Assembly: GCF_006345805.1 (NCBI RefSeq)
Contig: NC_043007.1
Coordinates: 73,594,001-73,658,000, forward strand
Direction of reading: 5' to 3'
Origin: Octopus sinensis
Taxonomy: Eukaryota
DNA: 64,000 bases
The position numbers and the translations under genes are program-made. Positions within the stretch are counted from its first letter, which is position 1; each line of letters starts with the position of its first letter. Below, piece by piece: positions 38,835 to 50,469 of the stretch. The notes below the pieces were generated by a model. It had not been told where the DNA came from. It saw only the letters and a program-made list of their open reading frames with translations, and did not search any database.

Positions 38835-39335
38835 GTGGAGAGAGGATTCGGAAAATTCACACGATTAAAGGTAAATTTTGATAAGTGTACCCGCTCACGT
38901 TTCACTAAGAAAAAAAAAACCTCATTTACCTTAATCGGATTGTGTGAAATTTCCGAGTCCTCTCCCTCCCCACCCCGTTCGCCAGCGCGCATTTTTTTTT
39001 CCTTTTCGTTTACTACACATTATTTTACACCTATTACACTTGTCTTTTTTTTTTTTTCATTTTTGTGACTGGGTGTTAAAGTTGGGTTATCGGATCGTGT
39101 GAGTTAAATCGTGTGAATTTTCTGAGTCCTCTCCCCGCACGTTCGTCGGCGCAAATATATATATATTTTTCCATATTTGTTTAGTACACATTATTTTACA
39201 CTTATTACACTTTTTTTTTCCGAGTCACCCCCACCCGTTTATCAGTGCGCATTTAAAAAAATATTCTTTTACTCCACATTATTTTACACCAATTACACTA
39301 TTTCATTTTTGTGACCGGGCCCTAAACTAGGGATA
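38835..39335. repeat. Small foldback/tandem-repeat element inserted in a SINE A copy
   Basis: Three degenerate direct units (GAGTCCTCTCC...CGTTCG...CGC...ACACATTATTTTACAC...TTACACT) plus an inverted copy of the unit head (GGAGAGGATTCGGAAAATTCACACGATT at about 38838). SINE A sequence stops at about 38810 and resumes at about 39345. Confidence 0.6.
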
Positions 39336-41631
39336 AACCGAAACAAGCACTGGGGTGAGTTCATTCGACTAAACCCCCAACTAAAAGATACTTCATGTAA
39401 ATTACATAAAGTTCAAAAAATCTATTACGGAGTAGTGCAATATGAACATTATCTACCTACTTGTTTTTCACTTTTCTTTGTGAATATTTCTCTAAGATTC
39501 TGCAGAAAATAATTCCTTTCAAATGACATAAAATTTTTTGGCCCTGTCTTCCCCTCTGTTTGGCTGCAGATAACCTGACAGCCTGCTGGTGAAATAAACG
39601 TGCAAGTGGCTAAGCTCTTCGCAGACACGCTTATCTTAATCGTAGTTCTTCGGAAGATTCAGCTAACGTAGAATGTGACACGGCTAGCCCTTTGAAATAC
39701 ATAACGTGCTATCAGGAATCGAACTCACGACCTTACGACAGTGGGCCGAAAACCCTAACCACTAAGCCATGCACCCTCACTGTTCATCATTATTATTTTG
39801 ACATGCACATTTTAAAAATAGCAAGTTACAAATCTGTAAGTAGAAATTCTTTTTAGGGTAACAGATAAAGGGGAAGTGTGAAAAAAAAAATCGTTAACTT
39901 TTTTTTTTCACAAAATAGTATTTTGCAATGTTCAAAACAGAAATCTAGAAAAAGATTTATTTCTTAAAAATGTTAGCAAGGTACAACTAAAAATAAGCTC
40001 GGCCTCACCACCAACTTCAGAGGTGTAGATTATGATTATATCGGAATTTAATGTGAAAAAAATAAGGGGGGGGGGATTGGAGAGGTGGATAATTTCTGCA
40101 TCTCATCAAAACGAATGAGGAAACAATGTGTGAATTACCCGATACTCCCTCCATTTTTCTTTTTCAAATTCCGATAATCTATACAATCTGAGATGTATAT
40201 GTAGTAAAAAATTACTAAAAATTATTCATTTTTCAGAATGTTTATGAGGAAATAGTCTAGTCGAGGTTTGGGAATTATCCGAAACTCCTGTACCCTCAAC
40301 CCAGCAAAAAAAAAAAAAATTAAAAAAGAAAAGAAAAAGGTTTTCTTCACAAAATTCCGATAGAATCGCAGTTTACACCATTTGAAACGTATCTTTGGAA
40401 AATTTCGTTAAAAAACGCTCGTCTTTTCAGAAAGTTTTGAACGAATAAAGTTGATGGATGGGCGGGGCACACAAGTGTAATTACGCCTTTTTGTGTTAAT
40501 ATCTATGTATCATATAAATAAATCAACTGGATTGTAAGCTGAAATGTCTGTGTTATGACCTGTTTGTAAGAGTTTGTTGAAACGTAATATTTTAAGAAGT
40601 GAAAATAGAAGCATACATTTAATTCAAATAATTTAAACATAATATATATTATATATATATATATACACACAATAATTTCATTATTATAATATATATATAT
40701 ATATATGTATATATATTCGATAAATTAGCCATCAACTACGTGTTTTATTTCTCGGGAAACGCTGGGTATCCTTGTAGAACAAGAACTATTTCGAAGCATT
40801 TTGCAAGAATCTCGCAGTAAAAAGCCAAATATCATAGGTTATCTCATTTTAATGTTTTACTTCAAGAAATATACAAATCTAATTACATATATAACATGTA
40901 TGATAAATGAACCATACAAAACCACATTAGATTACAAATACTAAACGATAGTCATGATTCTTCCAAAAGAAAGATAAAGAAAAAAACATAGCGGAAAAAG
41001 AAAGAAAAAAGGGGAAATGAAAAAAAAAGAGAAAATATTCAGTAATTATTGAAAATATTAAAAGGAAAACAAAGTAGTATATATTTTCGAGTTCCCGAAA
41101 AATGAGGTGTAATTTCTGCCTGAAACTATTCTTTCTTTATAATTATTTTTATTATCTTGATTGATTTAACTATTTGAAACTGATTAAACTTATTTAAATA
41201 GAGCACATCATCAACAGATTAAAATTCTAATCCTATTCTGCGGGTCCATAGATCGGCGCATTTAGTTGGTCTGCAGCAACTCGAATAAATATGCTAAGCT
41301 AAATAAATATGCGTAGCACAATGTTTATTAATTTCATACCAAGGTACCAGGACATATCTAGTTCGAGAAACATAGTCGGATAAATTAACTCTAGTTATTA
41401 ACTGATTCAGGATGGATTTGAATCCCAAGCCCAGGAAAATACATTAAATGCAGCAATTCCTTTGTTTTAGCCACTTTAATCCTTCTCTAGTTATAAATAG
41501 TTCAGTTATATGATATATCAAGGTGGAATATACACATATGTAACATACATACACACATATATTTATACACCACCACTAACATGTTAACTAATGTACCACT
41601 ATTAAATAATAGGATAACTAATATATATATA

Positions 41632-41685
<54 letters not shown>

Positions 41686-41819
41686 TACCAGTATGTTAAC
41701 TAATAAATACCATCATCAATAAATCAATTTATATCTATCTCTCTCTCTATATATATATAATCACCATCAACTACAACAGGTTAGATTTTCTGTCAATGTT
41801 TGTTTAAGTTTTTGGAGTA

Positions 41820-41944
41820 AAGGAGGTAGTACCGGAAGTAGTGTTCATCTACGGGAAGTGACGTATGAGAGACACTTCTTTACCGAAAATTATTTGTTTC
41901 TTTCCTCGATTCCTGTCTCGCCGCAATCTTCCTCTCTCCCCGAT
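41820..41944 (+). promoter_or_regulatory. Probable promoter and non-coding first exon of the LNX-like gene
   Basis: ETS-type ACCGGAAGT (41831-41839) and GGAAGTGACGT (ETS/CRE overlap, about 41854-41864), a CpG-containing pyrimidine-rich stretch, and a consensus donor GAT|GTAAGT at 41945, about 3.6 kb upstream of the RING exon acceptor. Confidence 0.5.
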
Positions 41945-43429
41945 GTAAGTATTGATTTTTTACTATTTTACTTCTCTAAATACTTTCAAAACTCCACATG
42001 TGTTTTCCGAGTAATTCTTGACTCTCAGGAAACACATCTGTACCAAATAATTACTTTATTTTATTTTTTTTCTCCCTCTTTAACTGCCTAGAAATCTTTC
42101 TGTAATTGGATCCATTCTTTCAAACAGGAGATGGAAACCCCGACTACTACATATTTATGCTATTTGATCCACTTAGCAAACTTACTCAAGCTATACTTTG
42201 TTGGTTCAATGATATGATATGATAAGGAGGTGTAGGTTAGCCTAGATATGTGCAACGACTTCCTGTAATGACGGTTTTGGAGGGCTGCTACCTTTCCTTT
42301 TAATTTTGTCTTAAGGTACACATTTTCCAAGAGGTACACACTCGCGCGCGCAACTTCTACTTTTTATTAAACTGTACTCACTTCGATGTTCATTGTTAGC
42401 AAGTTTAGCACTGAAATTGTAAACATTAGCTCCTTTTTGCGAAGTTTTCATAATAGCGCACTTTTGTACTTCGAGGAGACGATCCTAATAAAGAGTACAT
42501 TGAAAAAAAATATATATAGATCCATATGTTACACTTTTTGTTAAATATATATATCTATATTGAAACGCTGTTCAGTTCCCTATATTATTTGCTAAGTAAC
42601 TTTGAACTGTATTCCCTTTTATTGACATAACCATTTGATATTCAATACGAAAACATTTACTTCAATGGTCTGATCTGCCTGTTCTACAGCAAGATTTGAC
42701 ATCGAACTAATCTCAACTAGTTTAAGAACTACGAAAGAAAAGGATGAATGTTACATCACTGCCATCAGTCCTCAGTTACAGATGTATTAAAGTAGATCTT
42801 CAAATTTTCTGCTACTCATTGTAGTAAGTTGGCAAAGTTCTTGCCGGTCCATTCTCTGGTATCTTCCCATCTTTTCCTATCGCAGCCATCCACCCCTCTT
42901 ACAAAAGGATGGTTTTATGTATAATCATGGTATTTATGTATCCATATATATTAGTTTCCATTTTTTTCTTTGCTGATGAGCAAGTCATATTAAAGTCTAG
43001 ATATGGGTGTATATTCGGTTTGAAAGTTTCTTGTTCATGTGATTTGTGTTTGAAATTGAAAGAATCGACCTATTTTCTCAGTTGTGTGAATTTTTCCCTT
43101 GGGTGCTTGTTTCCACTGTGTTAATGACCTCCCGAAATTTGTCTCCATGAAGCTTTTAATGCCTGCTGCTGCAGCCCCCAGTAATTATTTTGAAACCTGA
43201 GCTGCAAAAACATCACAAACACAGCTACTCGGAGTTACATATTTCCGTTCGTCGGACAGTTGTGATGGTATATATATATGATTTGATATCAAATCATATA
43301 CTACATGTATCATCACAACAGTCCAATGAACGGGAACGTGAAACTCTGAGTAGTAATTTTTGTGATGTTTAGCAGCTTTAATAAAACAAAAAGTATATAT
43401 ATATATATATATTATATATATATATATAT

Positions 43430-43474
<45 letters not shown>

Positions 43475-45684
43475 ACGATTGGCTTCTTTCATTTTCTGCC
43501 TACCAGATCCATTCACAAGCCTTTACTTGGCCTGGGACCATAGTAGAAGCTGCTTGCCCAAGGTGCAGTGCAGTCGGGTTGAACTCAAGACTATATGGTT
43601 GGGAAACAAGCTTCTTACCACACAGATATTTCTGTATTTTTTTACATTGTCATATGGGTTCATTGAACTGATCAGGCTTCTAATGAAGTGTTTGGGTGTA
43701 ATATTTCTATCTTTTGTAGTAGGCACTTAATCTATGGCCTTTCTGTGGGCATTTTTATGATTTTGGTGGAAAAACCAGTTTTTTAATATTTTCGTTGTGG
43801 TGATAGTGGGGAAAAATGGCTCAATATGAAAAAGGAACTGTTCACTTTTCGATGCTGACAGATAGATTTTCTACAGCCAAGCACCCTTCCTGTCACCAAC
43901 CCTCATCTGCTTCTAAGCAAAATAAGATTTCCCAGTCATGTTTTACATGGAAGACTGGAAATGAACAACCTCGCTTGTATGACAGTGATACTTGTTTACA
44001 ATCATCATGTGGTGTAAAGACAAGAATATATGCAAACACACACTATACTAGTTCTAGAATCTTCTCAATAGAGACTACTGTATATGTCTCCTCTTCAGCT
44101 TGGCGAAATCTTTGTTGAGGAATGTTGCATCTATGTGTATGTATGTATAGCCATTCATCCTTCTGTATATGCCAGCATGGAAGGCGGACGTTAAATGGTG
44201 ATGATGATATATAACGTAAAGGAATCAGGATTTGGAATCCGGGCAGATACCTTGTTAGCGCTCTGATATAACCCAGATCTAGCTGGCCAACACATGTCAG
44301 ATTGGAATCTAATGTAGATTTAATGAGAATAATACTGTATTAAACAAATTTTGAAGATATATAATTCTCCATTCTTCTTTATTGTGTGTGTGTGTGTGTG
44401 TATATAAAATATATATATATATGTATGTATTATTTATATTATATATGTATGTACACACACAAGCACATAGATATTTTGTGTTCATTGTTGCAAAAGGGTA
44501 CTCAGTGTAATAAAGATTAATAGCATACTATATAATTTGCCTGAAGATCTTGTGAATCCATAGGTGAAACTTGAACCAGCAAGAGACTCACCCAAAATAA
44601 AATATAACCCCACCACTCACACACACACACAAACATATGAAGGAGTTTGATGCCAGCACTCCCCTCTGTTTCTCATGCTGCATATGTAGGACCTTCTTGG
44701 ATTGTACATAATGGAATGCAAGTGATGTTTAAGAGTATTGGTATTTACTCTCTGCTTATCTCACAGATGTTGAGAGAGGATACAATAAAAAAATTTTTAA
44801 ACACAATCTGACTACAGTATTCAGTACATAGTCCTTAACCAGGAAAGATAAAATTGTTCTTCTCTCATTGTGCAGTGATGACCTGTTCAAGAATTTGAAG
44901 GGCTGTCATGTTGTGCCACTCCTTGGATTTTCCAAGTTTAGGTCATTGTATAACTTTCCTGTCATGAGTACCTAGAAGTAGAATGCCAACTTCTAGTATT
45001 TCAGCTTGTGTATGAAACTAATTTTCATTTTTTAGAGTAGTTAGATTATTCTGATTTTGTGGTAAGCTTGACATTACTAGGTTACTGAATACTAATATCA
45101 TCTATAGTACCAATATAATTCATCTAATAATGGTAATTTCTTGTAGAGTTAATTGCTAATTCTTGTTGTAATTTATATCTTGTATTTATTTCAGGGATTT
45201 GCTGAGCTTTCTGCACCCAGATGTTGGTGCCAGCTCTAGAATATTCTAAATAGAGATCACTGTATATAACTTCTCTTCAGCTTGGTGAAATCTTTGTTGA
45301 CGAATGTTGCATGTTTGTGTATGTCGGTATGAGTGTGTATATCCATCCATCTCTGTCTCTAATTTTCATTTTTTAGGGCACTTAGATTGCCTCTGATTTT
45401 GTGATTAGCTTGACATTACTATGTTCTTCCACAGAACCAATATAATTAATCTAATAATGGTAATTTATTGTATAGTTAATTGGTAATTCTTGTTGTAATC
45501 TATTTCTTTAAAATATCTTTATTGCTTTTAATAATTATATAATTGCATTTCAGATTTGCTGTCCAAAAAGCATGATGCAAGAAATGGAATGTGTCCACCC
45601 CAAATAACCTGACTGCAATTGCTCTGTTAATTGTCCTTTCTAGTTTTTATATTTTGTTGTTGATGGTGTTTCTGGTGTGAACTA

Positions 45685-45974
45685 ATGTGCAGCTATTATA
45701 CGCTGAAGCACCATAGTGCAGTTATATGTGTCTCATGTGGCCAGTTACATGAGAAAAATGGAACTCATTTATATGATTATTATCAACCAGTGGATGATGA
45801 CATGATGTGTTACATTTGTCTCCAGCCTTTGGTAAATCCAATTGACACCAAATGTGGACATACATTTTGTACACAATGCCTCAAAAACTACCTCAAGGTA
45901 CAATGCAAATGTCCAGTGGATCGACTACCAATTTCTTTAAAAGAATGCCAGCAATCCAGTGTTTTAGTTAGAAG
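45685..45974 (+). CDS. LNX: LNX1/LNX2-like (Ligand of Numb X) RING E3 ligase, first coding exon; later exons not found in window
   Basis: CVSCGQLH...HLYDYYQPVDDDMMCYICLQPLVNPIDTKCGHTFCTQCLKNYL...CPVDR...CQQSSVLVR: C3HC4 RING preceded by the CxxCGQxH...H zinc motif and VDDD typical of LNX1/2. Donor AG|GTATGT at 45975, phase 2. Confidence 0.85.
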
Positions 45975-46049
45975 GTATGTATTAAAAATATAATTTTTTT
46001 ATGACATTTATATAATACTTTATTTTTCATATATTAAATCAAAACATGT

Positions 46050-46345
46050 GGAGGCACATGGCCTAGTGGTTAGAGCTGTGGACTTACGGTCGAGGGATCG
46101 TAGGTTTGAATTTCAGACCGGGAGATGTTGGTGTTTATGAGCGAAACACCTAAGCTCCACCTGGCTCCGGCAGAAGGTAATGGCGAACTTCTGCTGACTC
46201 TTTCGCCACAACTTTCTCTTACTCTTTCCCCCTGCATCTTGCAGATCACCTGCGACAGACTGGCGTCCTGTTCAGTTGGGGAACCTATATGCCAAGGAAA
46301 CCAGGAAACTGGCCCTATGAGCCAGGCATGGCTCGAGAAGGAACA
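46050..46345 (+). mobile_element. tRNA-derived SINE family C (related head at 55213-55510)
   Basis: Head GGAGGCACATGGCCTAGTGGTTAG...GGTTTGAAT, then TTTATGAGCGAAACACCTAAGCTCCAC shared with about 55213-55330. Confidence 0.7.
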
Positions 46346-46859
46346 CACAAAACAAAGAATAAAACAGAACATGAAAATACATATACACACAAGCACACCA
46401 CCATCATCATCATTTAACATCTACTTTTTCATGCTTGCATGGATCAGATGGAATTTGACGAGGCAAATTTTCTACGTTCACATGCCCTTTTTGTCACCAA
46501 CTCTCACCTGCTTCCAAGAAATGTTTTTCACGGAAGAATGGGAATGAACAACCATGCTTGTATGATGATGTTGATGCTCATTTACAGCTATAATATGATA
46601 TCTAGACAAGGGTACACACAAATACACATATACCCACATAATGGCCTTCTTTTGGTTTCTGTCTACTAAATCCACTCACAAGTCTTTGATTGTGGTATGG
46701 TATGAAAGCACTTGCTCAAGGTGCCAGGCAATGGGACTGAACAAAAGACGACATGTTTGGGAAGTAAGCTTCTTGACCCCCTCCCACCACATTTTTATTT
46801 GGACTTGATGATTCACTTTGTTGCCGCTTAAAGATTTGTGCTTGTGAACTTTAGTAAGA

Positions 46860-47472
46860 TTAGGTGGCTGTGCAAGAGAAACGACTGTGCTGGTATGGTC
46901 ATGTGTTGCATATGGATGAGGACAGCTGTGTGAAGAAGTGTTACACCCTAACAGTGGAGGGAACCTGTGGAAGAGGTAGACCCAGGATGAGGTGGCGAAG
47001 CACGACCTTCGAACATTGGGACTCATGGAGGTAATGACAAGCGACTTAGACCTTTGGAGATATGTTGTGCTTTTGAGAAGACCTGGCAAGCCAAGTGAGA
47101 CTGTAGCCGTGGCCTCTGCCAGTGTCGCATAACTGGCCCATTTAAGAGTACTCTTCAATTGTTGGGCAATATGCTGTGCTTGAGAAGAGCTGTTGAGTCA
47201 AGTGAAATCGTTGTCGTGGCTGATGCCAGTACCGCCTGACTGGCTCCTGTGCCAATGACATGTAAAAAGCACCATTCGAGCATGGTCGATGCCAGTGCAG
47301 CCTGACTGGCCCCTGTGCTGGTAGCATGTAAAAAGCACCGACTACACTCTCAGACTGGTTGATGTTAGGAAGGGCATCCAGTTATAGAAACCTTGCCAGA
47401 TTAAATTGGAGCCTCAGTCAAACCGTCCAACCCATGGAAAGCGGATGTTAAACAATGATGATGGTGATGATG
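46860..47472 (+). mobile_element. RTE-type LINE 3' end (ORF tail, 3' UTR with internal repeats, (GAT)n tail)
   Basis: RLCWYGHVLHMDEDSCVKKCYTLTVEGTCGRGRPR. The 3' UTR ends ...GGATGTTAAACAATGATGATG; the same terminus recurs in reverse at 18500, 48782 and 57507 and forward at about 6830 and 44190. Confidence 0.75.
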
Positions 47473-48097
47473 ACATAAAAGAGAAACCCAGAGTATTAAT
47501 GGAATTAACATTCAATAAATAAATAGACTCAGCAAGAGGTTTTGGGGCTAAGTTCAAAGTCTGAGGTCAGCCAGTTGGAAAGATTTATTTCGTTATTATC
47601 CTTTTGCTTTCATATACCTTTTATTGTATGCTTTTGGTTGTATACTTCATTATTTATCTAATTATTGATGACAGCCACTTTTCTTATTTTATACCCTCCC
47701 CATCAGTGCATCTTAGACTTAATGTCTCTCTTATGGTTTCTCCGGCTTTAAAGGGATCATAGAGAAGGTTGTTAAATAAATAAATAAGTAAGCAACTGGT
47801 TGACCTTACGCTTTGAACATAGTCCAAAAACCTCTCGTTGAATAGAAATAAAAGATAAATGAAATTAACTCTTAGTTGTAGGGGCTGTCTGTTCCCCCCT
47901 ACCCCATCCTCTAACCTCTTTCATTGTTATAAATCTTCGTTACCTTCTTACCCACTCCTGGCATCACAATATTTTCTCCTATAATAAATACCAAACTGAA
48001 CAAAAAAATTAATTTTTATGACCTGCACTGGTCATACAATCATGAAGTGGTCACAAACTGTTGGCTTTTGAATGTTTTTTTATGTTGTGATTCATGT

Positions 48098-48180
48098 ATT
48101 CATCTGATGAAAATGTTTTTGTAATGATGTAATTACTCAATTTATCAATGGAAAACTCAATGGAAACAGCTGTAGTGGAT
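48098..48180 (+). ncRNA. Minimal type I hammerhead ribozyme-like motif
   Basis: Stem I ATTCAT/GTGGAT (with G-U pairs); intact CTGATGA; long, decayed stem II; GAAAC-AGCT-GT palindromic stem III; GUA triplet. Confidence 0.6.
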
Positions 48181-48475
48181 TGACGCGTTATCCATCTATT
48201 GTTATTTACTTATTTATTATTTACCTCACTTGGAACCTGCTCCTAGTGTGGATCCAAAGTATATTATGGACCATACATTTAGTGCAATGTGCATTTCCTA
48301 GGGCTCATGATATACTCAGTCAGGTACAGCGGATCGTACACATAACCTGAATATCTTTCTGCCTGTACTTTGGTACCTGCATTTGTATTCCTCTGTTTCT
48401 ATTGTGTACACATGTTATTGTTCGATCAACTTGGTATCTTACCATTTACGTGCCTGGTTTGCTTGAATCCTGATC

Positions 48476-48522
<47 letters not shown>

Positions 48523-48729
48523 GGCATGGCTGTGCGGTAAAAAGCACATGATTCCGGGTTCAGTCCCACTGCATAGCACCTTGGGCAAGTGTCTTCTACT
48601 ATAGCCTCAGATCGACCAAAGCCTGGTTGTTAAAATGATGATGATTTTGTGGGTGTGTGTATATATATATACATATATAATTAAGTTTTTCTTTATGGTA
48701 TCACATTGCACCTGGCTGTTTATATTAAT

Positions 48730-48767
<38 letters not shown>

Positions 48768-49660
48768 ATATATGTATATAATCATCATCATCATTGTTTA
48801 ACATCTGTCTTCTATGCATGCATAAGTAGGATGGTTGACAGGAGCTAGCCAAGTAGAAGACTATCCCAGGTTACTGTCTGTTTTGGCAGGGTTTTTACAG
48901 CTGGATGTCCTTCCAAACACCAACCATTCCACAGAGTGGACTCAGTGCTTTTTACGTGGCACTAGCACAGGTGAAGTTAGTTTTGGCATGATATCTATGG
49001 CTGGATACCCTTCAAATGCCAACTATTTTATAGTGTGGACTGGATGCTTTTTATGTGATACCAAGCAATGACAGGGTCACCAAGTAACTTGCAAGGCAAG
49101 GAATTTTGAGATGGTCAGGGGCGTTTGAAGATAGAACTTGTGTCAGAGGACGAAAGGTTAGAATGTGACAGAGACAGAAGCAGAAACAGGTGTCTTGCTA
49201 TAATGGAGGGGGCATTGGAGTAGGTGATCTGGTGTCAGATGATGAAAGGTTAGAGCATGACAGAAATGTGTCTTGCTATAGAGAGGAGGTACATGATTTA
49301 CTGAATGAGAGAGAGTGAGAAGAAGAAGAGAGAGAGAGGTATAAGAAAGAGGACGGAAACAGGTGTGCTGATGTAAAGGAGATACTTGGTTACCTAGTCA
49401 GAGGAAAAACTAAAGGAGAGAGTGACCAAGAAGGAAGGCAGAAACAAGTGTGCTGCTGTAGAGGAGATAAATGACTACTCAGCCAGAGGGAAGAGCAAAG
49501 GAAAGAGAGAGAGTGGGAAACAGCAAAAGTGCTAGAGAGAGCAGGAAAGAGATGGTGAAGTGCTAGGGTATACTTACAAGTAACAAGGATCAGAGCATAG
49601 AGGTGATGGTAGAGTAAGGTACGGAGTTCATAATATATGTGGTCAGGTATTGCCAAGAAA

Positions 49661-49894
49661 TAGGGCGGCGAGCTGGCAGAAACGTTAGCACATCGGGCGA
49701 AATGCATAGCTGTATTTTGTCTGCCGTTATGTTCTGAGTTCAAATTCCGCTGAGGTCGACTTTGCCTTTCATCCTTTCGGGGGTCGATAAATTAAGTACC
49801 AGTTACGCACTGGGGTTGATGTAATCGACTTAATCTATGTGTCTGTCCTTGTTTGTCCCCTCTGTGTTTAGTCCCTTGTGGGTAGTAAAGAAAT
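49661..49894 (+). mobile_element. SINE family B (Deu/Nin-like central domain), full-length with 16-bp target-site duplication
   Basis: Head GGCGGCGAGCTGGCAGAA...GAGTTCAAATTCC; centre GCCTTTCATCCTTTCGGGGTCGATAAATTAAGTACCAG; TSD AGGTATTGCCAAGAAA at 49645-49660 and 49895-49910. Related copies at about 11590-11815(-), 22684-22900(+), 33185-33400(+). Confidence 0.85.
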
Positions 49895-50224
49895 AGGTAT
49901 TGCCAAGAAAGCACAAGTAGGGAGTGGGGATTGCAGTGACTGGCGAAAACCTAGGTATGAAGATGGGGAAGGGGATTGGAAGACAATCTTAGTTTATGAA
50001 GAGGAAATGTGAGGAAGGGTCAGGTGCAGTTTAGAAGAAGAGATGTAGTTCGGTTTCTTGAGTTAGGGTGTGTGAAAAGTTTTTTGTTACATGTGAGTGG
50101 GACACAACACTTCTAGCACTCACGTTTTGCTAATGTGGGTGGGTCTTCTCTAGAACCTCAGATCATCAAACATCTATCTCAGTCCATTGTGTATGTATAT
50201 ACATATGTACATATATATATGTGC

Positions 50225-50258
<34 letters not shown>

Positions 50259-50469
50259 GTATATGTACATATGTATGTAATAGCTGACACACCTGGTAAT
50301 TCCCAGGAAAGCAGGGCTTATCTCTTGGTTCCATTCTCATAATTGTTTCGCTAATCCAATAGCAACAATACAAAGTATGTAGTCCTTAAAACAGTTTTTG
50401 TGCATTTACAGAGAATACCGAACTGTCTTACTGTTAGTTACCCAATAGTAAGAATTCAAATAAAGTAGT

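Noticed and set aside
39712-39782. tRNA-like sequences here (minus strand) and at 46050 and 55213
   Set aside because: A/B boxes are present, but there is no paired acceptor stem and they continue into SINE bodies; SINE heads, not tRNA genes.
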